Shown here: positions 47,809 to 57,286 of the stretch, in pieces
Position numbering within the stretch: position 1 is the stretch's first letter
How the letters are laid out: every line of letters begins with the position of its first letter
Assembly: GCA_965208575.1 (NCBI GenBank)
Contig: CBDBOV010000001.1
Span: 472,783-536,782 of the forward strand
DNA length: 64,000 nt
Direction of reading: 5' to 3'
DNA from: Spirochaetia bacterium
GTDB taxonomy: Bacteria; Spirochaetota; Spirochaetia; SZUA-6; Bin103
The notes under the pieces: generated by a model
Seen by the model: only the letters and a program-made list of their open reading frames with translations
Databases searched by the model: none
What the model was told of the DNA's origin: nothing
Translations under genes and position numbers: made by a program

Positions 47809-49482
47809 ATGAAACGACTCCACGCGATCATGGGGGCGGCGCTGTTGCTGCTGGCTCCCGCAATGGCATACGCCGGCGCCGAGGGAGAGGGCTCCGGCGC
47901 GGCGATGGACGCGCTGTCGGCGCCCGGCGTCTACCCGATCAGCGACGAGCTGATCACGGTGACGGCGCTGGCCAACGTCGACACCCGCATCCAGGACATC
48001 ACCACCAACTACGCGGTGACCTGGCTGGAGGAGCAGACCAACGTCCATATCGAGTGGGACCAGGTCACCGGCTCCGACGCCGCCCAGAAGATCAACCTGG
48101 TGCTGGCCGCCGGCTCCGACCTGCCGGACATGATCATCAACTCCGGCATCACCACCGAGCAGCAGTTCCTGTACGGCTCGCAGGGATTCCTGGCGCCGCT
48201 GGAGGGACTGATCGACGAGCACACCGTCGAGCTGAAGCGCATCTTCGCCGAGGATCCGCACGTGCCGCGCCAGCTCACCGCGCCGGACGGCCACGTGTAC
48301 GCCCTGTCGGTGCGCCCGGTGGCCTACCACTCCACGCTGTCGCAGAAGCTGTGGATCAACGTCGAGTGGCTGGAGCGGCTCGGGCTGGAGATGCCCACCA
48401 CCACCGATGAGCTGCGCACCGTGCTGGAGGCGTTCCGCGATCAGGACGCCAACGGCAACGGCGACCCGAACGACGAGATCCCCTACTCCGGCCTGATCCG
48501 GTACTGGCGCAGCAGGCCCGGCGCGTTCGTGATGAACGCGTTCATCTACGACGACGGCTTCGGCGACCCCACCAACTCGCACCGCATGGTGGTCAACGAC
48601 GGCATCATCTCGCCGGCGTTCACCACCGACGAGTGGCGCCAGGGCCTGGCCTACCTGAACGGCCTGTACAACGACCGGCTGTTCGACGGCGAGGCGTTCG
48701 TGATGGACCGCAACCAGCTCCACACGCTCAACAATGGCGGCGTGGAAGGCGTGGCACGGGTGGGCGCCCACCAGGCCGGCACGCCGTGGGGGGCGCTGGC
48801 GCCGGGGGGTACGATGCACCGCCAGTACCGCGCCGTACCGCCGCTGATCGGACCCAATGGCGCCCAGTTCACCGCCTTCTATCCGAAGAACCAGCGTGGC
48901 TCCAAGTTCAGCCTGACGACGGCTGCGACCGACCTGGAGCAGGTGGCGATCATCAAGTTCTTCGACTTCGTGCACCACGCCGGTGAGTCGCGCATGGTGC
49001 CGTGGTTCGGTCCCGAGGGCGAGGGCTGGCGCTGGGCCGAAGAGGGCGAGATGGCCTATACCGGCGAGACCGCGCTGTGGAAGCAGATCGAGCTCTACAA
49101 CACCGCGCACAATCACAAGCTCGGCCACATGTTCCCCAGCTATTTCGAGGAGGGGTTCTTCGACCGCCAGGTGCCGGTTTCCGACGATCCGCTGTCGATC
49201 GAGCCGCGCCTGTACTGGGAGACGATCGAGAAGTACGAGGGGCACCAGCCGGACGAGATCGTGCGCCCGCTGATCCACGAGTTCGACGAGGGCCGCGAGT
49301 ACGGCCAGTTGCGCGCGCCGATCAACGAGTTCGTGGAGCAGAGCTTCGCCCGCTTCGTGACCGGCGACCTGGACATCAACTCCGACGGCGACTGGAACAA
49401 CTACCTGGCGCAGCTCGATGCGCTGAAGGTGGGCCGGTTCGTGGAGATCCTGCAGATCGCCTACGACCGCATGTACCGGTAG
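47809..49482 (+). CDS. Carbohydrate ABC substrate-binding protein (LplA-like)
   Basis: AAGGAGG RBS, signal peptide, WLERLGLEMPTTTDEL...DANGNGDPNDE. Paralog of 24872-26530. Confidence 0.92.
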   Translation: MKRLHAIMGAALLLLAPAMAYAGAEGEGSGAAMDALSAPGVYPISDELITVTALANVDTRIQDITTNYAVTWLEEQTNVHIEWDQVTGSDAAQKINLVLAAGSDLPDMIINSGITTEQQFLYGSQGFLAPLEGLIDEHTVELKRIFAEDPHVPRQLTAPDGHVYALSVRPVAYHSTLSQKLWINVEWLERLGLEMPTTTDELRTVLEAFRDQDANGNGDPNDEIPYSGLIRYWRSRPGAFVMNAFIYDDGFGDPTNSHRMVVNDGIISPAFTTDEWRQGLAYLNGLYNDRLFDGEAFVMDRNQLHTLNNGGVEGVARVGAHQAGTPWGALAPGGTMHRQYRAVPPLIGPNGAQFTAFYPKNQRGSKFSLTTAATDLEQVAIIKFFDFVHHAGESRMVPWFGPEGEGWRWAEEGEMAYTGETALWKQIELYNTAHNHKLGHMFPSYFEEGFFDRQVPVSDDPLSIEPRLYWETIEKYEGHQPDEIVRPLIHEFDEGREYGQLRAPINEFVEQSFARFVTGDLDINSDGDWNNYLAQLDALKVGRFVEILQIAYDRMYR

Positions 49483-49508
49483 AGCCGGGATCGAGTCACC
49501 GGCGTGAC

Positions 49509-49544
49509 GGACGCGGCGCGGCCACCCGAGCGGGCGCCGCGTCC
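49509..49544. terminator. Hairpin between the convergent SBP and tRNA
   Basis: ggacgcggcgc...gcgccgcgtcc 11-bp stem. Confidence 0.55.
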
Positions 49545-49591
49545 GCGCTCCCCGTCCGCACGGCCGGCGGCACCACGGGCTGCTGGCAGGA

Positions 49592-49663
49592 AGCGCCCGA
49601 GCGGACTCGAACCGCCATCACGAGCTTGGAAGGCTCGGGTAATGACCCTTATACGACAGGCGC
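49592..49663 (-). tRNA. tRNA-Gly(TCC)
   Basis: Acceptor stem GCGCCTG/CGGGCGC, anticodon arm CGAGC-CTTCCAA-GCTCG, T-loop GGTTCGAGTCC. CCA not encoded. Confidence 0.95.
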
Positions 49664-49816
49664 GGAGGCTCTGAAGGTACGCTGCGCGGGGCGGCCATGT
49701 CCATACCCGCTTGGCCTGATACGGAGGATCACGGTCGATTTGCCGCTCGCGTTACCGCCGCTGTTGCCAGAGACCTCCGAGCCTTTTCTCGATCATGCCG
49801 GTGCTCCTCGATATGC

Positions 49817-52579
49817 TCAGGTGGCCACGGCGAGTTCGCGCTCCGGGGAGCGTTCGGAGGCGGGCAGGCGCAGGGTGACCAGGCGCGACACGCCCTGCTC
49901 CTCCATGGTGATGCCGAACAGGTGGGAGGCGCCGGCCGCGGTGCGCTTGTTGTGGGTGACCACCAGGAACTGGGTGTCGGCGCTGAACTCGGTGAGCAAC
50001 TCCACCAGGCGGCCCACGTTCTCGTCGTCGAGCGCGGCGTCGATCTCGTCCAGGACGCAGAACGGCGACGGACGTACGCGGTAGAGGGCGAACAGAAGCG
50101 CCACCGCGGTGAGGGCGCGTTCGCCGCCGGACAGCAGGGTGATGTTTTCCAGCTTCTTGCCCGGCGGCTGGGCGAAGAACTCGATGCCGGATTCCAGCAG
50201 CGCGTCGGGGTCGGTGAGCTTGAGCTCGGTGCGCCCGCCGCCGAACAGGCGCCGGAACATGCCCTGGAACTCGCCTCGGATGTCGTCGAACGCCTGCCGG
50301 AACAGGGAGCTGGACTCGGCGTGGATCTGCTCCGCGATGCTGCTGAGGTCGCGCGTGGCGGTCTCCAGGTCGTCGAGTTGGGCGCGCAGGAACCGGAAGC
50401 GCTCGTCCACCTCGCGAAACTGCTCGGAGGCCATCAGGTTCACCTGGCCGAGGTTGCGTACCTCCTCGCGCAGGCGGGCCAGCGTGGCGCGCAGTTCGCT
50501 ACGCGACTCGGACTGCGTAATGTCCAGCTCGTACTGGGACAGGTCCTGGGCGTGCACCTCCTGGAATGTGCGCAGGGTGGTGCGGATCTCGGTGGCCACC
50601 TCCGTGTGGCTCAACTGCAGCCGCTCGATCCCGCCTGCCGAGCGCTCCAGCTTCTCCTGCACCTGCTGCACGGTGCGTTCGAACGCGGCCTGCCGAGCGC
50701 TCTGCCTGCGCAGTTCACCATCCAGCTCGTCGAGGCGGGAGCGCAGCTCCTTGTCCTGCTCCGCCAGGCGTTCGCCGCGTGCTTCCAGGTCGTGCAGCGC
50801 CTGATTCATGGCCGCGATGCTCTGCGCGGCGTTCTGCTCGTCGCGCGCCAACTCGCCGCGGCGCCCCTGCTGTTCGGCAATCTGGCCGGTGAGCTGCTCA
50901 CACTCCGCGGTCAGACTCTCGCGCGCCGCGGCGGTGCGGGTGCTGTCCACCTGCAGATCGTGCACCCGGCGTTGCTGTTCCCCGATGCGAAGGGCCAACT
51001 GCTCGTTGTCGCGGCGCGCCGCTTCGGCCCGCCGGCGCTGCTGCGCGATATGGGCAACCGCGGTCCCGAGCTCTTCGTCGAGCTGACGTTTTTGAGTCAC
51101 GATGCCCTGCGGCGACAGGAAGTCGTCGATCACCGCCGAGGTCAGATTGCCGTACGACCTGATCAACTCGTCCAACTGGCGCACCTGCCGGCGCGCGGCG
51201 CGCAGGCGCCCCGGCGCGCTGTCGGCGTCGCCGTCCGCCGCCAGCGTGGCGTGCAGATCCTGGATGAGCCGCGCGATCTCTTCCTCCGCCGCCGCCCGCG
51301 CTTCCGGCGAGTACCCGGCGGCCTGCAAGCCGGAGTCCAGGCTGGCCACGATGTCGTCGGTGGTGGTGCGCAACCGGCCGCGCAACTCTTCGAGGCGCTG
51401 GTCCTCCCGCTGTACGGCGGCGTTCGCCTCCGCCGCCACTGCCGCGTTGTCACGCACGCGGTTCTGCAGGTCGGTGATCTCGGCGGTCACCCGCTCGCGC
51501 GCAGCGCCCAACTCGTGGAGGCGGGCGCGGGCCTCCGCGGCCTCCTCCTGCCTGCCCGTCCGCAGTTCCTGCAGCTCCACGATGCGCGCCGCCACGCCGC
51601 GCTCGCGGTCGCGATAGCCGGCCATGCTGCGCTCCGCCTCGACCACGCGCTCGCGGGCCGCGGCCATCCGTTCCCGCGTGTCGCCGCGCTGCAGGTCGAC
51701 GCCGTAGAGCTGCCGTTGCAGATCCACCACCTCCGCCTGCAGCGTGCCGGTGTGGTCGGCGTTGCCCTGCAGCGCCGCCCGCGCCCGGCGGCTCTTCTCC
51801 TGCAGTTGTTCGTGGCGTCCGCGGGCGGCGCCGAGGTCGGCTTCGATGGCGGCGCGCCGCGTCTTCATCTCACGCAGCCGGATCAACTCCAGGTCGCGCT
51901 CGGCGCCGAATATCCGCTCCTGCAGATTGCGGTACTGGTTGGCGCGTTCGACCTGGTTGGCGAGCACGTCGCGCGAGCGCTTCACCTCCGCGATGATCGC
52001 GTTCACCTGGGACATGTTCTGGCGCGTGTGGTGCAGCTTGCGTTCGGCCTCGGCGGCCCGCGTCCGGTAGCGCGCGATGCCGGCCGCTTCCTCGAACACC
52101 TGCCGGCGCTCCTCCGGTTTGGCGGCCAGCAGCAAGTCGATGCGACCCTGCTCCATGACCGAGTAGGCGTTCTTGCCGACGCCGGTGTCCAGGAACATGT
52201 CGCGCAGGTCGCGCAGCCGCACCACCTGGCGGTTGACGAGGTACTCGCTGTCGCCGGAGCGGTACAGGCGGCGCCGCACCTCGACCTCGCTGACGTCCAC
52301 CGGCAGCGAGCGGTCGTGGTTGTCCAGCACCAGCGTGACTTCCGCGACGGAAACGCGGCTGCGATTCTCGGTACCGCCGAAGATCACGTCTTCCATGCGC
52401 TCCGCGCGCAGGGCGCGTGGGTTCTGCTCGCCGAGCACCCAGCGGACGGCGTCCACGACATTGCTCTTGCCGCAGCCGTTCGGGCCCACCACGGCGGAGA
52501 TACCCGCGGAGAAATCTACGACGGTACGCTCAGGAAACGATTTGAAGCCGAGCAACTCGACCCGTTTGATGAGCGCCAT
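49817..52579 (-). CDS. smc: Chromosome segregation protein SMC (short form)
   Basis: GFKSF, GPNGCGKSN, Q-loop EQG, coiled coils, LSGGE, LDEIDAALD. Confidence 0.93.
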   Translation of the reverse strand: MALIKRVELLGFKSFPERTVVDFSAGISAVVGPNGCGKSNVVDAVRWVLGEQNPRALRAERMEDVIFGGTENRSRVSVAEVTLVLDNHDRSLPVDVSEVEVRRRLYRSGDSEYLVNRQVVRLRDLRDMFLDTGVGKNAYSVMEQGRIDLLLAAKPEERRQVFEEAAGIARYRTRAAEAERKLHHTRQNMSQVNAIIAEVKRSRDVLANQVERANQYRNLQERIFGAERDLELIRLREMKTRRAAIEADLGAARGRHEQLQEKSRRARAALQGNADHTGTLQAEVVDLQRQLYGVDLQRGDTRERMAAARERVVEAERSMAGYRDRERGVAARIVELQELRTGRQEEAAEARARLHELGAARERVTAEITDLQNRVRDNAAVAAEANAAVQREDQRLEELRGRLRTTTDDIVASLDSGLQAAGYSPEARAAAEEEIARLIQDLHATLAADGDADSAPGRLRAARRQVRQLDELIRSYGNLTSAVIDDFLSPQGIVTQKRQLDEELGTAVAHIAQQRRRAEAARRDNEQLALRIGEQQRRVHDLQVDSTRTAAARESLTAECEQLTGQIAEQQGRRGELARDEQNAAQSIAAMNQALHDLEARGERLAEQDKELRSRLDELDGELRRQSARQAAFERTVQQVQEKLERSAGGIERLQLSHTEVATEIRTTLRTFQEVHAQDLSQYELDITQSESRSELRATLARLREEVRNLGQVNLMASEQFREVDERFRFLRAQLDDLETATRDLSSIAEQIHAESSSLFRQAFDDIRGEFQGMFRRLFGGGRTELKLTDPDALLESGIEFFAQPPGKKLENITLLSGGERALTAVALLFALYRVRPSPFCVLDEIDAALDDENVGRLVELLTEFSADTQFLVVTHNKRTAAGASHLFGITMEEQGVSRLVTLRLPASERSPERELAVAT

Positions 52580-52697
52580 TTTCCCAGTTCGCCGCCACTG
52601 TACCCAAGCGGGCGGCGAATCGTCAACGCACCCGGCGAGTTGGCGGGTTGCCCGCGGGCCGTTTACGGCGCCGCCGGGGAGCGGCTATGCTGCCGTC

Positions 52698-53279
52698 ATG
52701 GGCCGGGCCAAGCTGCGCTGCGGGATCGACGAGGCGGGCCGCGGGCCGCTCGCGGGCCCGGTCACGGCCGCGGCCGTGGTGCTGCCGCGGCGCTTCCCGC
52801 GGGCGTGCCTGAACGATTCCAAGCAGCTCACCGCCGCCGAGCGCGAGCAGGCGGCGGCGCTCATTCGCACGCGCGCCGCCGCCTGGGCCGTCGGCTGGTG
52901 TTCGGCCGCCGAGATCGACGCGCTCAACATTCACCGCGCGACGCTGCTGGCGATGTGGCGTGCCCTGCGCGGTCTGCATGTGGAACCGGACGAGGTGTTG
53001 ATCGACGGCCGCTTCGCGCTGCCCCTGGCGGTGCCGTGCCGGGCCATCGTCAAGGGCGATCAGCGGATACCCGAGATCATGGCCGCCTCGATCGTCGCCA
53101 AGACCGAACGCGACCGCTTCATGCGGCGCTACGCCCGCATCGAGCCGGCCTGGTGCTTCCACGAGCACAAGGGCTACGCTACCCCGAGCCACCGCTTCCT
53201 GCTGCGCCTGCACGGCCCGTCGCCGATCCACCGCCGGTCGTTCCGCGGCGGCGCGGCAGGGGGCGTGCGCGACGGCTAA
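52698..53279 (+). CDS. rnhB: Ribonuclease HII
   Basis: GIDEAGRGPLAGPV, DSKQL, AASIVAK, HKGY. Confidence 0.95.
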   Translation: MGRAKLRCGIDEAGRGPLAGPVTAAAVVLPRRFPRACLNDSKQLTAAEREQAAALIRTRAAAWAVGWCSAAEIDALNIHRATLLAMWRALRGLHVEPDEVLIDGRFALPLAVPCRAIVKGDQRIPEIMAASIVAKTERDRFMRRYARIEPAWCFHEHKGYATPSHRFLLRLHGPSPIHRRSFRGGAAGGVRDG

Positions 53280-53563
53280 CCGCGCCGCTCGCCGCGCGGC
53301 GGCGCGGTGCGTCTCCCCTGCGCATGCCGGGTGGCGTAGTCGAGCGCCTTGTCGAGGGCGTCCACGAACGCGCGCAGATCCTCCTCGTAGACGATCAGCG
53401 AGTGGCGCTCGAAACCGTCCCGGTGTGTGCCCGCGCTGTCCCGCTTGCGGCTCTCGACGATGTTCAGGAACATGTCGCCGACCCGGTTTTCCTTCACGTT
53501 GAAGAAGTAGGTCCGCTTCTCGGAATCTGCGCGCGAACTGAACAGCTCCCCGCGTTGCGCCAT
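53276..53563 (-). CDS. PUR-domain (DUF3276) nucleic-acid-binding protein, BpuR-like
   Basis: RTYFFNVKEN.GD..LNIVES..FERH; AGGAGG RBS. Confidence 0.85.
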   Translation of the reverse strand: MAQRGELFSSRADSEKRTYFFNVKENRVGDMFLNIVESRKRDSAGTHRDGFERHSLIVYEEDLRAFVDALDKALDYATRHAQGRRTAPPRGERRG

Positions 53564-53726
53564 GCGTGCCTCCTGAGGTGCCGTCCGCGTGCCCCGGCGG
53601 TCGATTCGGTTGCGGGCCCCGGCTACCTTGGTGCGGGTCTCCGCTACCTCCTGGACTATACGGCGCGATCTGGTAGATTATCTACTGTTATCCGGTAGCG
53701 CCGCCGCCGCGGCGCTGGAGAGAGAT

Positions 53727-55763
53727 ATGTCTGACCAACGTGAACACGAGTCTGAACACGAGCGCGAGGCCGAACACGAGCGCGCAGCGCCGCAAACGCA
53801 ACCGGCGGACGGAGAAGCCGCGGTGCCCGCCGCCGAGGGAGCCCAGGCCTCGTCCGTAAACGGCGAGCAGGAGGAGGCGCGGCAGCCGAGCTTCTGGCAG
53901 AACGTGCGCGTTCCCGACCTGGTCAAGCATCGCATCGAGGTGGTCAAGCAGCAACGCCGCCTGTCCAAGAGGATGCGCCAGTTGGTGCGCAAGATCGTGC
54001 CGCTGGTGGTGGTGATCGGGCTCGGCGTGATGATCGGGCTCAACGAGACGCTGCTCAACCTGTTCCTGCAACTGCTCAGCTTCATCGGCCAACTCCTGTT
54101 CGCCATCCTGTTCATGCTGGTGCAGTTCGGGTCGCTGTTCTGGTTCATGTCGCGCTCCAAGATCGAGCGCATCCGGCCCGAAGATCCCAAGATCATCACC
54201 TTCGACGACTACTGGGGGCAGCCGCGGCTGAAGCGGCTGGTGCGGCAGTGGCTCGGGTTGCTGTCCGACCGGCAGCAGTTCGTGGAGATGGGCGGGCGCT
54301 ACATCAACGGCCTGCTGCTGTACGGCCCGCCCGGCACCGGCAAGACGATGCTGGCCAAGGCGATGGCCGGCGAGGCGGGGGTCGCGTTCATTTCCATCGA
54401 GGGCTCCGGGTTCCGCGCCATGTTCTGGGGCGTGGACGTGATGAAGATGATCTGGTTCATCCGCAAGGCGCGCAAGCTCGCCCAGCGTTACGGCGCGGCG
54501 ATCGCCTACATCGACGAGATCGACGCGGTCGCGCAGAGCCGTGGCGGCGTGATGGGCGAAGGCGGTGGTGGCGGCGGCGGCGGCATGGGCGGGTTCATGG
54601 GCGGCGGCACCGGCGCGCTGACCCGCCTGCTGTACGAGATGGACGGCATCGACAGCAAGACCTTCAAGGAGAAAGTGAAGGGCAAGCTGTTTCAGATCAT
54701 GGGCAGGAAGCCGCCGGAGCGCAACTGGCACGTGCTGTTCATGGGCTCCACCAATCGCCCCGACGTGATCGACCCGGCGCTGAAACGGCCCGGGCGCTTC
54801 GATCAGCTCATCAAGGTGGACCTGCCCGACCGCACCGGGCGGCGCGAGATCGTCGACGGCTACCTGCGCACCGTGAACCACGACGACACGGTCGACATCG
54901 ATGCGATCGTGATGAACAACCGCTCGGCGACGCCGGCGCAGATCATGGCCGCGATCACCAAGGACGCGGTGCGCGTGGCGCTGTTCGATCACCGCCGCGC
55001 GGTGTCGCAGGACGACATCGAACGGGCGTTCCTGCAGCAGTACACCGGCATCGAGAACCCGATCGAGGAGATGCAGGAGGAGCAGCGCTGGCAGGTCGCC
55101 GTGCACGAGGCGGGGCACGCCGTGGCGCAGCACTTCCTGATGCCGGATACCCGCATTGCGCACATCACCATCGTGCGCCGCGGCGACGCGCTCGGCTTCG
55201 TGCTGCCGATGGACGAGGTGGAGATGTACTCGCAACCGCTGGAGCGGATCGTGAAGGACATCATGGTGTGCCTGGCCGGCCAGGCGGCGATGCGCGTGGT
55301 GTTCAACGAGCCGTTCACCGGCGCCTCCGGCGGCGACTACCCGATGGTGCGGGCGCGGCTGTGGCACCTGTACAACGAGGGCTACTTCGGGCCGCCGCTG
55401 GTCGACTGGCGCACCGGGCGCGACTCCACGGGCGGCGTATCCGGCGAAAGCTCCAGCGCCGAGCAGCGCGCGGTGCGCAATGCGTGGGAGAACCTGGAGC
55501 GCGCCACGCAGACACTGCTGCGCCGGCGCCAGGATCGGCTGATCGCACTCGCGGAAGGGCTCATGGATCACAATTCGCTGACCACCCGGCAGGTGGTGGA
55601 GATCCTCGGACCCAACAAGCCGGAGCAACCGCCCGAGTTGCCGCCGCCACCCACCGGCACCGAGCCGCCGGCAATTGCCGCCCCGGCGGCGGTAGTGGCG
55701 GAGGAAACGGTGGCGAGTGCGCGCGGACAGACCGACCGGGGTGGAGAATCGGCGGCAGGTTAG
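53727..55763 (+). CDS. FtsH-like membrane AAA+ zinc metalloprotease
   Basis: Two TM helices, GPPGTGKT, IDEID, TNRPDVIDPALKRPGRFD, HEAGH. Confidence 0.88.
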   Translation: MSDQREHESEHEREAEHERAAPQTQPADGEAAVPAAEGAQASSVNGEQEEARQPSFWQNVRVPDLVKHRIEVVKQQRRLSKRMRQLVRKIVPLVVVIGLGVMIGLNETLLNLFLQLLSFIGQLLFAILFMLVQFGSLFWFMSRSKIERIRPEDPKIITFDDYWGQPRLKRLVRQWLGLLSDRQQFVEMGGRYINGLLLYGPPGTGKTMLAKAMAGEAGVAFISIEGSGFRAMFWGVDVMKMIWFIRKARKLAQRYGAAIAYIDEIDAVAQSRGGVMGEGGGGGGGGMGGFMGGGTGALTRLLYEMDGIDSKTFKEKVKGKLFQIMGRKPPERNWHVLFMGSTNRPDVIDPALKRPGRFDQLIKVDLPDRTGRREIVDGYLRTVNHDDTVDIDAIVMNNRSATPAQIMAAITKDAVRVALFDHRRAVSQDDIERAFLQQYTGIENPIEEMQEEQRWQVAVHEAGHAVAQHFLMPDTRIAHITIVRRGDALGFVLPMDEVEMYSQPLERIVKDIMVCLAGQAAMRVVFNEPFTGASGGDYPMVRARLWHLYNEGYFGPPLVDWRTGRDSTGGVSGESSSAEQRAVRNAWENLERATQTLLRRRQDRLIALAEGLMDHNSLTTRQVVEILGPNKPEQPPELPPPPTGTEPPAIAAPAAVVAEETVASARGQTDRGGESAAG

Positions 55764-55850
55764 CCCCGATTTCGTCGCCCGGCGGCCATCCGCAAGCGGC
55801 GCAAGATGAGACGGTTCTGACCGATGGGGAAGCGGCGCCCGCCGCTTCCG

Positions 55851-57236
55851 TTACGGTGACCAGTGGGCGAAGTCGCCCTCGGCGACAAGCTGCGGGCGCA
55901 GCGTGCCGTTGGCGGGGGAAGCGAAGATGCCCGGGGTGCCGGCCTCGGTGAGCGCGGGGTAGATCAGCGTCCTGCTGTCCGGCGACCATACCGACGTGGA
56001 GCGCAGGTACTGGTCGAAGTAGGGCAGTTGCTCGCGCACGAACCGGGGGCTGAGCGGAAACTGCGTCACCCGCCAGGAGTTGCCCCGGCGCACGTTGACC
56101 ACGCGCAACTCGGCGTAGAAGCGGCCCTGCTCGCGCGCAAACAGCGGATCGATCTGCAGCCCCGCTTCTTCGTCCTCGGCGCGCGCCGGCACCAGGTAGG
56201 CGACGCGGCGCCCGTTGGGCGCCCAGAAGAAGGCGATCACGTCGTCATGCGGAAGCTCCAGCTTCGCATCCGTGCCGGTATCGTAAATGGTGAGCTGCCC
56301 ATCCGCGGACGGCCCCGGACGCGCGCTGGTCATCACCGCGATGCGCGAGCCGCTCGGGGCGAAGGCGAGGTAGGCGAATCCGGGGACGTCCGCAAGCAGG
56401 CGCTCGTCGGGCCCCTGCAGCTCGCGCAGCACCAGCGCGGAACCGCCGCCGCTGCCGGCCCCGGCGCCCGCTCCGGCGGCGGCGACGTAGGCGACGTAGC
56501 GCCCGTCCGGGGACACCGCCGGCGCCTGGAAGCCGGCCGGCGGGATGTTGAAGTCGGACTTGACGCGCGCCGGGTCGAGCGGCACCAGGGACAACCGCGC
56601 CGCGTCGTTGAACCGGATGTCGCCGCCGACGTGGGTGATCAGGGCCGAATTGTCGGGCATCCAGCTCCAGTAGTAGGGCTGTCCCTGGTCCAGTAGCCGG
56701 TAACGGTTCGCCGCCACCTCGATCACCCCCAGTTCCAGTTGCGCCGAGCCGACCGGCTGCGCCAGCATGGTCAGTTTTTCGCTGTCCGGCGACCAGTACA
56801 GGTAAATCGGGCGCAGCCGGTCGGAGCGGTGCACCTCGCGCGGCGGTTCGCCGTCGCCGGACACCCAGATGGAACTGCTCAGCGTGCGCCGCCCGGTGAT
56901 CGCCGTGCGCGCGAAGGCGAGGCTGCGCCCGTCCGGTGACCAGGTGGGCTGGCTGTAGGAGACCACGGTGCGGGCGGCGCGGTTGGCGCCGGCGTCCTCG
57001 GTAAGCGGCGTGTTGCGGGCGCCGGTCTGGTCGACGCTGCGGATGTTGCCGTCGATCCCGATGAAGCCGATGCGGCCCGCCTTGCGCTGCAGGTAGGGCA
57101 GCAACGGGCTGGACCTGAACTGAACCCGCTGTTCGGCACAGGCGGCGAGCAGGGCCACCGCGGCCAGTGCCAGCGCTGGCACCCGCAACCGGTTGCGGGC
57201 CGCGGGCCGCCGGGCGCGGCGCGGCCGGTGGTGCAT
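55851..57236 (-). CDS. TolB-like beta-propeller lipoprotein (PD40 repeats)
   Basis: Lipobox LLAAC and repeated WSPD motifs. Confidence 0.82.
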   Translation of the reverse strand: MHHRPRRARRPAARNRLRVPALALAAVALLAACAEQRVQFRSSPLLPYLQRKAGRIGFIGIDGNIRSVDQTGARNTPLTEDAGANRAARTVVSYSQPTWSPDGRSLAFARTAITGRRTLSSSIWVSGDGEPPREVHRSDRLRPIYLYWSPDSEKLTMLAQPVGSAQLELGVIEVAANRYRLLDQGQPYYWSWMPDNSALITHVGGDIRFNDAARLSLVPLDPARVKSDFNIPPAGFQAPAVSPDGRYVAYVAAAGAGAGAGSGGGSALVLRELQGPDERLLADVPGFAYLAFAPSGSRIAVMTSARPGPSADGQLTIYDTGTDAKLELPHDDVIAFFWAPNGRRVAYLVPARAEDEEAGLQIDPLFAREQGRFYAELRVVNVRRGNSWRVTQFPLSPRFVREQLPYFDQYLRSTSVWSPDSRTLIYPALTEAGTPGIFASPANGTLRPQLVAEGDFAHWSP

Positions 57237-57286
57237 CCCGGTGTCGCACCGGGCTCGATTGCTGCCGGGAGTTCCGCCGCGGCCTG

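Noticed and set aside
49697-53698. 1333-aa plus-strand ORF and similar long overlapping ORFs (e.g. 12000-13913, 24743-26557, 53688-55628)
   Set aside because: Mirror frames of well-supported genes, with non-natural amino-acid composition.
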